A DNA stretch of 61,191 bases from Hydrolagus affinis (taxonomy: Eukaryota): NCBI GenBank assembly GCA_012026655.1, contig JAAILG010001848.1, positions 1 to 61,191 of the forward strand, in the 5' to 3' direction. Of the stretch, positions 12,022 to 23,166 are shown one piece after another (the stretch's first letter is position 1; each line of letters opens with the position of its first letter). Both the position numbers and the translations under genes were made by a program. Under the pieces are notes generated by a model. The model had not been told where the DNA came from, did no database searches, and worked only from the letters and a program-made list of their open reading frames with translations.

Positions 12022-12176
12022 CATCTCCTTGCCGATGGTAGAGGCCAAGTCTGCAGGTAGCCTCACCCCAGCCGAGGGTCCCCCAGACTCTGGAGATTCC
12101 TCTCCCCTCTGATCCGACCCCATCCTAACCAAATGGTTCTTCAGTGGTATTAGATTGTGTTCATTCTGTGAGTCAA
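12022..12176 (-). CDS. BLTP3A: BLTP3A exon 20
   Basis: ttctcttcttgcAG|(V)DSQNEHNL...STIGKEM|GTgagt; 155 nt, phase 1 to 0 bridges exons 19 and 21; sequence poorly conserved. Confidence 0.8.
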
Positions 12177-12344
12177 CTGCAAGAAGAGAAGCAGAAATAC
12201 TCAACCGTTCAGAACAGGTAAGAGCCAAAACATGTTTTAAATTACCATAACTTGCGTTTATATAGCGTCCTTCACATGGAAAAATGATAGTTTAGTAAAA
12301 ATTTATACGAATTCCACATGCCAGTGCTGTTTGATATTCCAGGC

Positions 12345-12620
12345 GCCACAAGCACATTGCCCTTATCCTCACCAGGCTCCACTGCCTCACTTTTCCCCGT
12401 GGATTGACTTTAAGATTACTCTAAATTTCAATACCTCCATACTTTGCCCCACACTATTCCGTAATCTCCTCACCACTTCCTCTGATCGGATAATGAGGGC
12501 CTGCCTCCTGCCTTCCATCTCTCACCAGCCTTCAGCCACCTTCCTCTCTCTCTCTGCCTCTTACCCTCCCTCACTCCTTGCGTGTAATAACCTACCTGTT
12601 TGACTGTGCCTTCTATCATC
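12345..12620 (+). mobile_element. Degraded L2 LINE 3' fragment
   Basis: caccaggctccactg...ggattgactttaagatt...ccttcagccacc, L2 ORF2 C-terminal motif remnants. Confidence 0.55.
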
Positions 12621-12667
12621 GCTGCCCCCCCCCACCTCTCCCCAAACAGACAGTTAGCTTTACTTAC

Positions 12668-12776
12668 CCTTCAAACAAAATGTCCCATCATCGATCCGCT
12701 GAATCAACAGATGATCAACATCCAGGCGTATCGGTATGGGTCCGGGGGACGTAGGGTACAGTGAGGGGCTGTCATC
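12668..12776 (-). CDS. BLTP3A: BLTP3A exon 19
   Basis: tttaaAG|DDSPSLYPTSPGPIPIRLDVDHLLIQRIDDGTFCLK|GTaagt; 109 nt. Confidence 0.95.
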
Positions 12777-12968
12777 CTTTAAACAACACAAATTCAACAC
12801 AAAGAAAGTTAACACACTCACCACCCTAATTGCGGTTCTGGAGATGAGATTCATGCTAGTTTCTAACACATGGAAAGCTGGATTTAGAGTGTCTGGGCGA
12901 GGGAGAGAAAGAGGGGACAATGAGATGACTTTTCAGAAACCTCACTGGATTTATAAATGGTGTTCGGG

Positions 12969-13080
12969 CATAGAATCATAGAATCTTACGGCACAAAAGG
13001 AGGTCATTCAGCCCATCGAGTCTGTGCCGGCTCTTTGAAAAGAGCCACTCAATCCCACTGCCCAGCTCTCTCCCCATTAC
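12969..13080 (-). mobile_element. CR1 LINE 3' tail
   Basis: catagaatcatagaatcttacggcacaaaaggaggtcattcagcccatcgag, reverse complement of a CR1 3' end with ATTCTATG repeats. Confidence 0.75.
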
Positions 13081-13447
13081 CGCACAACCGCATGTTTTAG
13101 GGTCTGTGTGATTTACACCCAACCCGTGCCCATCCTCTGCTCAATGCTCTTGGGTAACAAATGGTTGGCCAAGGAATCCCCAAAACACAAATTTTCCTTT
13201 TTACTAAAAGCAGATGAAAATTTTTTATATTAAATTAATATTAGCAAACACTCAGTTTCAGTGTCTGCGTATGGCCTAAGGTGTATGTAGATTGGGAGAG
13301 AAGTCAATCAGTTGCTTGTGTTGGCAGGAGCTTCAATCCCAGGAGTATTAATAACAACAACAATAATAATCCTTCCATTTGGTACGGCATCAGATGCTGG
13401 ACAATACAGGATCTGTTAGACCTAAAAATAGGCCAAGAATCACAATC

Positions 13448-13885
13448 TAGATAATAATCCCTTCAAAAATACAATATATATTTTTTAATCCACGACAGTT
13501 TGTGGGACACAGCTGTGTACAATTGGCTGCCGTGTTTCGTGCCCAACTCCCACAAAAAATACAGTCAATTCACTTTACAGTATATTCTGTGAAGCGCTTT
13601 GAGATGATCTAGAAGATGATTACTAAAATAAAATATTTTGGATGTTTAACAGGACAGTGTCTATCCAGCATCATTTCTGGTTTAAAAGTTGCTCACTAAA
13701 ATCATCAATCGCATATAAAAGGTCAATTCTGCTCAAATTTTCAAACAATAACAAATTGATCACTTCAATCCATGACTGTTTGTGGGACACTGCTGTGCTG
13801 CAGTGTTTAGCCCACAAACATAGTCAATTCACTTTACAGTATCAAAGCGCTATATCAAATGCAAGAATTGATATTATTCTTATTA
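13448..13885 (+). mobile_element. Two SINE family A 3' fragments (about 13448-13625 and 13745-13885)
   Basis: Both contain the tttgtgggacac...ctgtg...agtcaattcactttacagtat core. Confidence 0.75.
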
Positions 13886-14358
13886 AGTCTTATTAAGCAT
13901 GTTATTGCTAACATGGGAAAACATGTGCAGGAGGACAGTACATCGGTGTCACCTGCTTTCTCATGTGCTTACTGTAGCATTGGTAATTGATGTTTGCTGG
14001 ATCATTAAAGGGGAGGCAAAGCACTGACTGTACCAGAGAGCGAGAGAGAGAGAGAGTGAGAAAACACACAGTAGCTGGGTCAGCTTGTTCTGGGGAACAG
14101 TGCATTACATGAGGCAATAATGAGAAGAAGATATCCTCCCCAGAGCACTGCAAGTCCAGACTGTGCCTTGCTATCGGTTATACTGTACTATAGAAACAAC
14201 GCCCATGTTATTTTTAAACCAGGCTCTGAAACCCTGAGATTGTTCCCTGATACGGGAACTCCTGACTGTTTCACATCAGTGCTTCAGTCAAACTGTGGAG
14301 TTATTCTGATCCAAGATTAAAAGTGAAAGAGCAATGTGACGCTGGCAATGTCAAATAC

Positions 14359-14615
14359 CTTCAGTGTAATTCTGCAGTCAGAGAGCTTGATCTTCATTGG
14401 AATGACCTCGGGAATCACCTCGTCTTCTAAGAAGGGACCCAGGTTTGTGAGCGAGGACATCAGGAACTCTGCTTCATAATCACTGATGTGGAAGCGTAGG
14501 AATCCGTTCTTCACGGCCAGGGGAGAGTGCACAGCCGAGCCAGGCCCGGACTCAAAGTGTAAGCTCACTGCGGGCTGGGCTCTCTCCGACTCCCCCCAGC
14601 ATGGCTTCACATAAC
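14359..14615 (-). CDS. BLTP3A: BLTP3A exon 18
   Basis: tgtctcAG|(G)YVKPCW...PAVSLHFESGPGSAVHSPLAVKNGFL...LGPFLEDEVIPEVIPMKIKLSDCRITLK|GTattt; 257 nt. Confidence 0.95.
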
Positions 14616-15668
14616 CTGAGACACAGTCAAACACATAGTTCAAATACAAAGAAGGAACTCGCATCAATGAACCAAAGAAAACATTTTGCATCAATTAGCA
14701 GCAGTTCTGCATGTATATAAAGCACCTGGATTCCACATTGGATACGTGACTAGATCGGCAGCCAGGGCTTGCCCTTCTCCCTCCTCGTTTCCAACACTCT
14801 GTGGGATTGCTAACGTCCACCTTAAGGACACTGAACTTACAGAATAGATTTATCCGCATGTGCTGTAGAAATGCTCCTCAGAATGAGGTGCGCAGGTTGC
14901 TTTCCTCCAGGGCAAGAGTGTGCAACCTCGCCTTCTGCTCGGAGTCAGCCTCTATCACTGTGAAGCGCTCTGAGACGCTACCCAGCGTTGAGGGCGCTGT
15001 ATAAGTGCAAGTTGTTGTTGTTACGTTCCATTACAGAGACGGAGATTTCTATACATATATGTGGGATGCTCAGTGTGGTTCAGAGAGGTTAAGCATGTTC
15101 TGGACACTCGGCTGACCAGAGAGGTGTCGGGGAGCCAGAGACTAAAAGCTTGTCACGTCAGATAACTCATCTATAAGTCTTCGAGTTATCTGGAGTTTCC
15201 TGTTTTATTAAACAATTGTTCTGCAAATGACACGCTTGGCTCCAAGCCCTATATCCTGGTTCATTCCCTGTTTATATCTAATTTAATTTAAACGAATCAT
15301 TTGTCCTGCTGGCAGAAACCTCTTTAAACATTACTCCAGAAGCTGATTAGCCGGTGATTAACATTAATCAGAAATGTACCAAAGTCGAGATGAAAACTTA
15401 CTAAGTGTATGGTTCTGTGTGAGATGAAATTACAACACAACAACATTTACATTTGCACAGAGATATGTAAATGAGATCCTGAAAGCCAGCTGCTGTTCCC
15501 TGAATGCTGCACAAACCTTTTGTAATCAGTATTTTGCTGGGGCTGAACAAAAGTTGCATCTTTCGTAAGGATGAAATGGATCTTTGACAACAGTGGTTTT
15601 AAAGATTGCTGCAGGCAGTCTAGTTATTGTGCAAATTTGAGTAGAGTGTGTTTAACCTTGCTTCTCAC

Positions 15669-15819
15669 CCGCACTGTGCCTGCTCATGTACTGCTCCACG
15701 TCCACATTCCCGAGCTGCTCTGGAATCATCTCCTTGGATTGAACACCGATGGACAGGTCGTCACCCCTAATGTCGATCCCGCAATACACATCCAAAAACT
15801 TCAGCACCAACACGGAGGC
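15669..15819 (-). CDS. BLTP3A: BLTP3A exon 17
   Basis: ttgcttgccAG|ASVLVLKFLDVYCGIDIRGDDLSIGVQSKEMIPEQLGNVDVEQYMSRHSA|GTgaga; 151 nt. Confidence 0.94.
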
Positions 15820-16054
15820 CTGGCAAGCAAGGTAACAGGAACTGTAAGTTTCGACGGTGGGAACAAGGTACATGAAGAAATAGCAGGAGCACAGCCATGG
15901 GGACAACATGAGAACTTTCTCTTGTTATTCACTTTATCGATGTTGTAATAATATTCTAACTCACCACTGGTCACAGGCAACTTCTGATCTGACAGGGCAC
16001 TGTCTGCGAGTGCTACCTTTAACTACACTGCCAGACAGGAGCACTCTTACCTGT

Positions 16055-16440
16055 CAGGCTGGCCGAGTCAATAGCACTTTCACCTTTTGGCTCAGGAAGG
16101 CTTTGGCTCATAAAAGTGTGGGTTTAAACCTCACGTTGAGACTTGAGAGCAGAGTCTAGGCTACCACTCCAGTGCAGTGGTGGGGGAGCCGTGCATTGTT
16201 GGAGACACCATCCTTCAGATAAGATGTTACGCCTGAATTGGCAGATGGGACCTCAGTTTATCTGAAGGATGGTATCTCCATTAAAGATCCCTTGGCATTA
16301 TTCAAAAAAGAGAAGGGAGTTTTCTCTCTCCCTGGTGTCCTGGCTGACAATCCCCCCCAGACAAAACTGGTCACTCTCTCCATGGCTGCCTATGGGACAC
16401 CTGTGTCCCAGTCGGTTTCTGCGTTCAGCTACAAGTTGCA
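16055..16440 (+). mobile_element. Deu-domain SINE (SacSINE1-like)
   Basis: tRNA-like head then ccagtgcagt...gcattgttggag...cttcagataagatgtt...aaagatcccttggcattattc...ctggtgtcctggctgacaatcccc. Confidence 0.75.
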
Positions 16441-16664
16441 GTGACGTCACTTGCTTGCGGGGACACCGGCGATCGAACATTAATCATTTTCAACTTTGGT
16501 TCTCAAATACCGGATCATAAGCAAGCATCCCTTTGGTCAGTTAGCACCAAAATACACTTCACTAAACTCTGATCTAACAAGTCCCCCCCTCGCTCTGAGT
16601 GCCCATCCGCATGTAAACATACAAGATTTCTAGTTAACACATTAGCTTGTGTGAAAAGTAAACC

Positions 16665-16900
16665 CAGATCAATTTTCGAGGATGCACCAAGACAGTAATA
16701 CACTGGTTCATAGCTGTAAACTGCAATTTCAGGACATATACCAGGAAGTTTGTCTCTACCCAAAAGGTAATGAAGGACTGAAACAGGTTGCCTGGAAGGG
16801 TGGCTGAGGCCAGGGCCCTATGACAGGAGGTGCGTAGGCTGGGTGTTCTGGAAGGATGAGATCAGGTGGACCTGCTTATTCTGCACTATCTTGTAAATTA
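16665..16900 (+). mobile_element. CR1 LINE 3' fragment
   Basis: Homologous to 24505-24760; ends with ggaaggatgagatcag tail shared with 25200 and 47930. Confidence 0.65.
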
Positions 16901-17210
16901 CCCGTGAAGCACTTTGTAAATGATAAAAGAATGGAATTGTGTGTGTGTATGCGCGCGAGCGAGTGAGTGCATGCAAGTGAGGCAATGAGTGGCACAAGTG
17001 TGTGAGTGACAGTGTGTGCAGTGTGGATGAGGCCTTAATGTGCGTGAAAAGCGCTCTATAAATGTAATATTGCTGTTGTTGTTGTAACCTGTGAACACTG
17101 GTGTAATCTGGTGAAAACTGAATGAAATTTTTGCATTTTGCATTTATAAAGTGGCCTTGACAGGGAGTCAGTGTCGTGGAACAGTCGGAACAGGAAGAGG
17201 AGAATAGGAG

Positions 17211-17506
17211 CAAACAACAACAACAAAATTACATTTATAGAGCGCCTTTTACGTTGGGAGGATGTCCCAAGATGCTGAACAGTCAGGACGGGACCCGAGC
17301 AAGGGACAGGGGCAGGGCAGGGGAGAGGGACGCGAGAGAGTTAGGCGGGGAGGGAGAGAGTTGGTAAGGCAGCAGAAGGCACGATCGAAGAGGAGGGTCT
17401 TGAGACCGGCCTTGAAGAAGTTGAGGGAGGGAGCGAGGTGAAGTGACTGTGGGGATGGAGTTCCAGAGGTGTGGGGACAAACCGGTGTGGGAGCCAGCTG
17501 AAAGCC
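17211..17506 (-). mobile_element. L2 LINE 3' fragment immediately downstream of the exon 16 donor
   Basis: Minus strand ggctttcagc...ctctggaactccatccc...ttcaaggccggtctcaagaccc...aaatgtaattttgttgttg. Confidence 0.85.
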
Positions 17507-17520
17507 TTCGTGTCACTCAC

Positions 17521-17684
17521 CAATTGGGGGTCAGAGATCTCCTGACTGTGAGTGGAGGAGCTGGTGGCGAGAGAGGCTTTCTTACCCACTCCCCCGTCTG
17601 CACACTCCGAGAGGCTCTGATTGCTGCCGGCCGCAGCCACACGATACAGGCTGCCGTCAGACAGCAGAGATTCCTGCCCAGACT
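17521..17684 (-). CDS. BLTP3A: BLTP3A exon 16
   Basis: ctctttgcttcAG|(E)SGQESLLSDGSL...SSSTHSQEISDPQL|GTgagt; 164 nt, phase 1 to 0. Confidence 0.88.
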
Positions 17685-17869
17685 CTGAAGCAAAGAGAAC
17701 ACAACTTTCAGGACCCGGTTCACAGAAGCCTTTACATAATTGTGCCCCAATGAGGTCCCACACCTGCAGTACCAGCTCACACAAGTTTACAGCACAGAAG
17801 GAGGTCACTCGGGCCATCGGGTCTTCCTGTGCCGACTGGTCCTCCAGAATTTAGTGTCTACACAGTCTT

Positions 17870-18276
17870 TCGTGACCCCATCTCCGCCATCCTCGCCCAA
17901 AACCATTGGCTCCCCATCATCCAAAGGATCCAATTCAAGATCACATTTAAAGCCCTCCACGGTCTCAACCCACTCTACATCCGTGACCTTCTGACCCTCT
18001 ACCAACCTGCCCGCCCACTCCGCTCAGCGGGCTCTGGCCTGCTCCACGTCCCCGACCCACCCACCGCACCATTGGCAGGCGAGCCTTTAGCCACCCTGCC
18101 CCCAACCTCTGCAACTCCATCCCGCAATCCCTCCACCTCGCCACCTTGCTGGCCTCCTTCAAGTCCTGCCTCAAGACCCTCCTCTTCGTTGGCCCCATTG
18201 GCAATTCCTAATCCCCCCCTTCCCTCCCCCCATATCCGGCGAGGAGGGCACGATATAAAACCAAGTTGTTGTTGTG
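17870..18276 (+). mobile_element. L2 LINE 3' fragment
   Basis: Encodes HWLPIIQRIQFKITFKALHGLNPLYIRDLL (L2 ORF2 C-terminus); (GTT)n tail. Confidence 0.9.
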
Positions 18277-18548
18277 GTATTTATATAGTGCCCTCACTCA
18301 TCAGGGTAGCGTCCCAGAGCCCGTGACAGGGTCGGAGCACAATGCTGAGCTGGGGAAAGAGGGACGGTCTCCTCCTTCCCTTTGGTTTTCTTCTATTTGA
18401 AGCATCCCCTGAGATCCCTTTTAATGTAACTTATCCATAATAGAAACTTATCAGCTCAGTCAAGCACCAATCACTGAGGGGACAGATGACCCTTTACACC
18501 TCTCCCAACACCTGTATAAGTCCTCAGGTGTACACACAGTGCCTGTAC

Positions 18549-18739
18549 CTGTATCCATCAACATAACGTAGTTGTCGCTGCTGTCACTGTCCATTGATAT
18601 CCGATCCTCTGTCAGGCTGCCGTCCAGTGATGTTGTGTCCAGGGAGTGCTGAGAGGTTGTGCGCTTCATGTTTAACAAACGCAGTTTGCTGCTGGAGGGA
18701 GATGATGATATTGTGTCTTCGCCTCTGGAGAGATATTCC
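18549..18739 (-). CDS. BLTP3A: BLTP3A exon 15
   Basis: cttctttttgaAG|(R)EYLSRGED...KLRLLNMKRTTSQHSLDTTSLDGSLTEDRISMDSDSSDNYVMLMDT|GTacag; 191 nt. Confidence 0.93.
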
Positions 18740-20399
18740 CTTCAAAAAGAAGGAAATGTTTCGCATTAGCCAGGACCCTAGATAAAGACAGAAATTGCCC
18801 TCCTGAACACAATTCTCTCTCGTTGGCGTCAAACTACCATTTATTGCACGGTTTCTTGTATTTGCACATGAGCAGCCAGGCTCCAAGAGTCAATGACCCA
18901 GTGAGTATGTGACAGCCTCCCTGCCACCCCCCCGCCCCCCCCCCAGCTGCTGTACTTACTAGCTGATTGGTTCCTGATCTCTGAAATGTTTAATCAGCAC
19001 AAGGTCTGTCTCTGTGATAGTGCAGTTCTCTCCTGCCGGTGACCTCGCTGTCAGTGTAGCATCAATACTGTCATTTGCTCTCAAACAAGTCACGTCTGGA
19101 GATACCGTTTCTCACCTTCAAATGCCTCCGTGTCCCTGTCCCACGGTAATTCTGCGTACCTGCCTATCTCAGGCGTGCTTCATGACACCCCCTCCCCCAC
19201 TCCACCAACAATAGATGATCTTTCAGCCACCTTGCCCCAGGCTCTCTCTGGAATTCGTTCCCTAAATGCTTCCCACCTACCTTGAATCCCAATTATGTGT
19301 AAAGCGTTTGGGGGGCATTCTCTCACATGAATAGCAGTGTATACGTTGTTACTGTACAGCACTGTATTACTGTTGTGGTGTTGCTACCTCTTTACTCTAT
19401 CAATAAGACAAATGATAAACTTTCTCCAGGTGTAAAGGACCTTTTCTCTCCACCGAGCAACTCCAAAATCTTCCGACATTGGTAATGAAAATACGGTAAG
19501 CATTGGTAAGTGAAAAACCGATTTTCACCCAACCAAAATAATCTTTCCTTAACTTGAAGAACTTATCAAAGCACGTCAATCACTGAAACATTTCTTGGAA
19601 TGATAACTGGGTGGTGCAGTGAGTTTGAATATTTGTGTTGATCAGGCACGCGCGGAAACCCATCACCATATTTAAGAATATCTAAACCAGACTGAGAATT
19701 CCACACAAACAGAGAGACTTCCCTGTATTTGGAATGATGTGGGGGGTGCGAGGGGTGGGGTACACTGTTTATCTTGGTTTCTGGAGACCTGGACTGATAC
19801 AGCCCAGGTCAATGGATTAAGTCTGTCTCACAAGCTGCAAAATGTATGATGTGTTGGTTAGTCCAGCACCACCTCACGCAGTCTATGGGGTCCCCAACCC
19901 TTGCCTCTCGCCAACCTGTGCCTAAAACTTTCCAGAATTAGGTAAGCAGTATGTGCTTCTCCGGGGAGAGAGTGAGCACTACATTCCAACACTATTTCTG
20001 GGATTCCCATGTGTAAGGTGGGATGTGTGGAATTCTCTGCTTGGTGATGAGTATCTGCATGTGTCAGATACTCGACTGACCATAAAAAAAGGCAGCCATG
20101 ATTTACTGCCTAATGGGTATGATCCCATTCCTGACAGTCCAGCACTTTGGGACGTCCTCCCGACGTGAATGGCGCTATACAAATGTAATTTTGTTGTTGT
20201 TGCTGTTGTTTGTATTCTGTTTGTGTCGTATGTTTGGATGCTACACTGTTGAAACCAACCTCCTTTTTTGCTTTGGTAAACCTGAGCTCAGTGTGGTTTG
20301 GCCACATGATGGCAGTGGTGTTGCACACTCCAGTGCAGTTGCTTATCGCAGTCTGTGTGACTCACAACAAGCTGCCTGAGTACAGTACAGGGAGAATAT

Positions 20400-20770
20400 A
20401 ATATTAACAATCCTTGCATTTGATATAGCACATCATTATGTCTTCGAGTTGTCTCAAAGCACTTCACAGAATACACTGTAAAGTGAATTGACTGTACATT
20501 TTGTGGGCAAAACATGGCTGCTAATTGCGCACAGCAGTGACCCACAAACAGTCGTGGATTGAGTGACCAAATTACCTTTTTTTTGAAGGATTATTATCCC
20601 CTGAGAAACGATCTACCAATTGACTAACAACTGGGTTCCTACTTACTATTAGGTAAACAGAGGTATTGGAGTGAGGAAACCTGCCCAACATTTAGGCCCT
20701 GCCAGGAATCAAACCCAGGTATCTCATTTGTGAGGAGAGTGCCCTAACAACTGAGCTACACGACTCCACT
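20400..20770 (-). mobile_element. SINE family A, full-length long variant
   Basis: Minus strand ggagtcgtgtagctcagttgttagggcac (A box)...ggtttgattcc (B box)...Deu 3' part...L2-like tail. Confidence 0.88.
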
Positions 20771-20884
20771 GAGAATGCCTAAAAATATTTCACAAATGCT
20801 GAGGTGGGAGCCTGAACTGAGAAGAGGGGTGGGACAATTGTTACTTGATATCAAGAGCAAGACGGGCAAGCCACTGGTTGAAGC

Positions 20885-20956
20885 CATGATTGAATGGCGG
20901 GGCAGGCTCGATGGGCCGAATGGCCTACTCCTGCTCCTATTTCTTATGTTCTTATG
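20885..20956 (+). mobile_element. CR1-type 3' tail
   Basis: gaatggcggggcaggctcgatgggccgaatggcctactcctgctcctatttcttatgttcttatg. Confidence 0.75.
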
Positions 20957-21154
20957 AAGGCAAGGAAGTAAAAGATGAGATAGACATTAGATCAAAATGG
21001 CGGTGTAATTAAGTGGGTGCTCAGGGAGTCTGTACTCGGTCCTTCTTGTTTATATGAATGACCTGAGTCACAGACTCAATGCAAGTCTGTACATTTGTAG
21101 ATGACACCAAGGAGGTGGAAAATAGGAAAATAAACAGAAACTCCTCATTCTTAC

Positions 21155-21490
21155 TCTCCTCTAGTTCAGTGGTTAGAGCACTCGCCTTACAAGTGTGAGA
21201 CCTGTGTTCGAATCCAGGCAAGTCAGGGCGAAACCTTGGGCAAGTTTCCTTACTCTACACACACATACCTAATAATAATCCGTCCAAAAAAAATCACAAT
21301 AATAAAATTGGTAATTTCAATCCATGACTGTTTGTGGGACACTGCTGTGCGCAATTGGCTGCCGCATTTTGCCCGCAAATATGTACAGTCAATTCACTTT
21401 ACAGTATATTCTGTGAAGCATTTTGAGACATCGATAAGATGTGAAAAGTGCTATATCAAATGCAAGTACTGTATTATTATTATTATTATT
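21155..21490 (+). mobile_element. SINE family A, full-length short variant
   Basis: tagttcagtggttagagca (A box), gttcgaatcc (B box), Deu 3' part, L2-like tail with (ATT)n. Confidence 0.9.
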
Positions 21491-21586
21491 CACACTGTTG
21501 TTTTGCAGGTTTTCGGTAGCTATGGGAGAGAGTTGAATGACAATCTAAAGAGTGACTGATTAGGTGGAGAGATGCTCCAGTTGTAC

Positions 21587-23166
21587 CTGGAGGCTGACAT
21601 GGAGAGCATCCTCTGCATAGTGGAGGCCATTTTCTCCTTGCTGTGGGAGAAGACATCCTTGGTGAGAGATACGGCTCCTTTAGTTAAATCCACTGTTACG
21701 TGCAGAGCTTCTTTCGCAGCGTCTTTCGTCGCACTCAGTGGATTTGCTGACTCTTCCTCGGTGCTGGGGAGAGGAATCAGCTCAGTCGCCACATCACTGT
21801 CACCGGTTGTCCTCCTCTTGTTAGATCCCAACAATGAAGAGATGCTTGAAGATAACTTGAGGGTGGAGGACACATGATCAATCGTCTCCTGGGCAACCTC
21901 TGTCTCCAGTGACTCAACTGCCTCACACGCTTCTTCCACCGGTTCTTTGTCTCCTGACTGACATTCTGCTCCTTCAGTGCCAGAGGGCGTTGGTACGCTG
22001 TCCGCCGCCGCTGCCACCGCACAGCCGTGTGACAAGTGATCAGAGGAGGCGGCCAAACTGGAATCCCCATTGTGGATACCACTGTCCTCCATGGAGTTGA
22101 TGGTGCTGTTCAGTGGATTGGAGACGTGTGTCCTGTTCAAAGAACTGTCCTCCACAACCAAGCTCTCTTTGCTTCCAGAGGGGGAGAGATCAGACTCGGC
22201 GAGGCTGGTGCTCCCCGAGTCCTGAGACTTGGCATCACTGGGGCTGGTCGGCACTGGATGGAGGAACAACACAATCTCAGAGCTCTTAACCCACACCCCT
22301 ATACAGCTGGTGGGGGGCTTCGCTGGAGCCCCCGTTACTCTTTCTATATCCAGGGCCATGTCTTCTTGCAGCTCAGTGAGACACTCCTTCAGCCTCAGTA
22401 GTACAAGATACTGGTAGTGGTTGAGGTGTGATTTGATATGCGCACTAGTGTAGACAAGTACATGTATATCTGCATCAGAGTTATCGTCCTCATCGGTTCC
22501 TTTCACACCAACCGGCTCTGTGTTTGGTCCTTTGTCCGCCTGCCTGAAAGACGCAAGGTTATCGTCCATTGGTTTCCGTCTTGTACCACCCAATGCCCCA
22601 TTTGCTAAAGGCTCAGTGTTTCTGAACAGATTTCTTCCATGATCCAAACCCTCTGACTTAACAGTGTCCCCAGGAGCAGGGCGGCTGGACAGCATCTTGT
22701 GATCCTTATAGTGTTGGAACCTGGTGGGTTGAGACACCCAAATGGAGAGAGGAAAGGGGTCCACAAAGCTGAACGGCTTGCTCTTCGAACTCTGCATGCC
22801 CTCAAACTCCAGCCATAGCTGGGAAAAATGGATGGACCAGATGTCAGCAGCCGACGGGGCTTTGAGTGAATCATAGGCCAGATTCAGATCTGTGTGCAGA
22901 CCCTCCAAGTAGGTCTCTGGCTCTGAAGCATGCTGCAAGAACATATTTTGCAGCACATTGAAGCTATTTGCAGATTTAGGGAACTCCTTATACATTGGGT
23001 TAAAGAATTCACAGTTTTGGAAGTCCCTGAGCACTGACTGGAGATCCTGGTACGTGCAGTTGACTGAGTGCCTGGTGTTTGTGGCCACCATATCGGAGGT
23101 CTGGATGGTCAGATACCGTGGCCGGTCTGGGTGATCCGTTACCTTCTTTTCCACCGGGATAACAAA
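21587..23166 (-). CDS. BLTP3A: BLTP3A exon 14 (large internal exon)
   Basis: ccttttcccacAG|FVIPVEKK...DMVATNTRH...FVDPFPLSIW...LNHYQYLVLLRLKE...TMQRMLSMSAS(R)|GTacaa; 1580 nt; core of the 556-aa ORF. Confidence 0.97.

Noticed and set aside
11635-13885. Recurrent similar segments suggesting a CRISPR-like or regular array
   Set aside because: Irregularly spaced, diverged SINE fragments in a vertebrate intron; no repeat-spacer structure
21520-21586. Truncated BLTP3A isoform by read-through of the weak exon 14 donor and intronic polyadenylation
   Set aside because: Frame stays open for 21 codons, but no minus-strand AATAAA is nearby; the adjacent SINE tail gives only (AAT)n
21572-22417. Antisense ORFs overlapping exon 14
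   Set aside because: Expected shadow ORFs opposite a GC-richer coding exon; no independent coding signal
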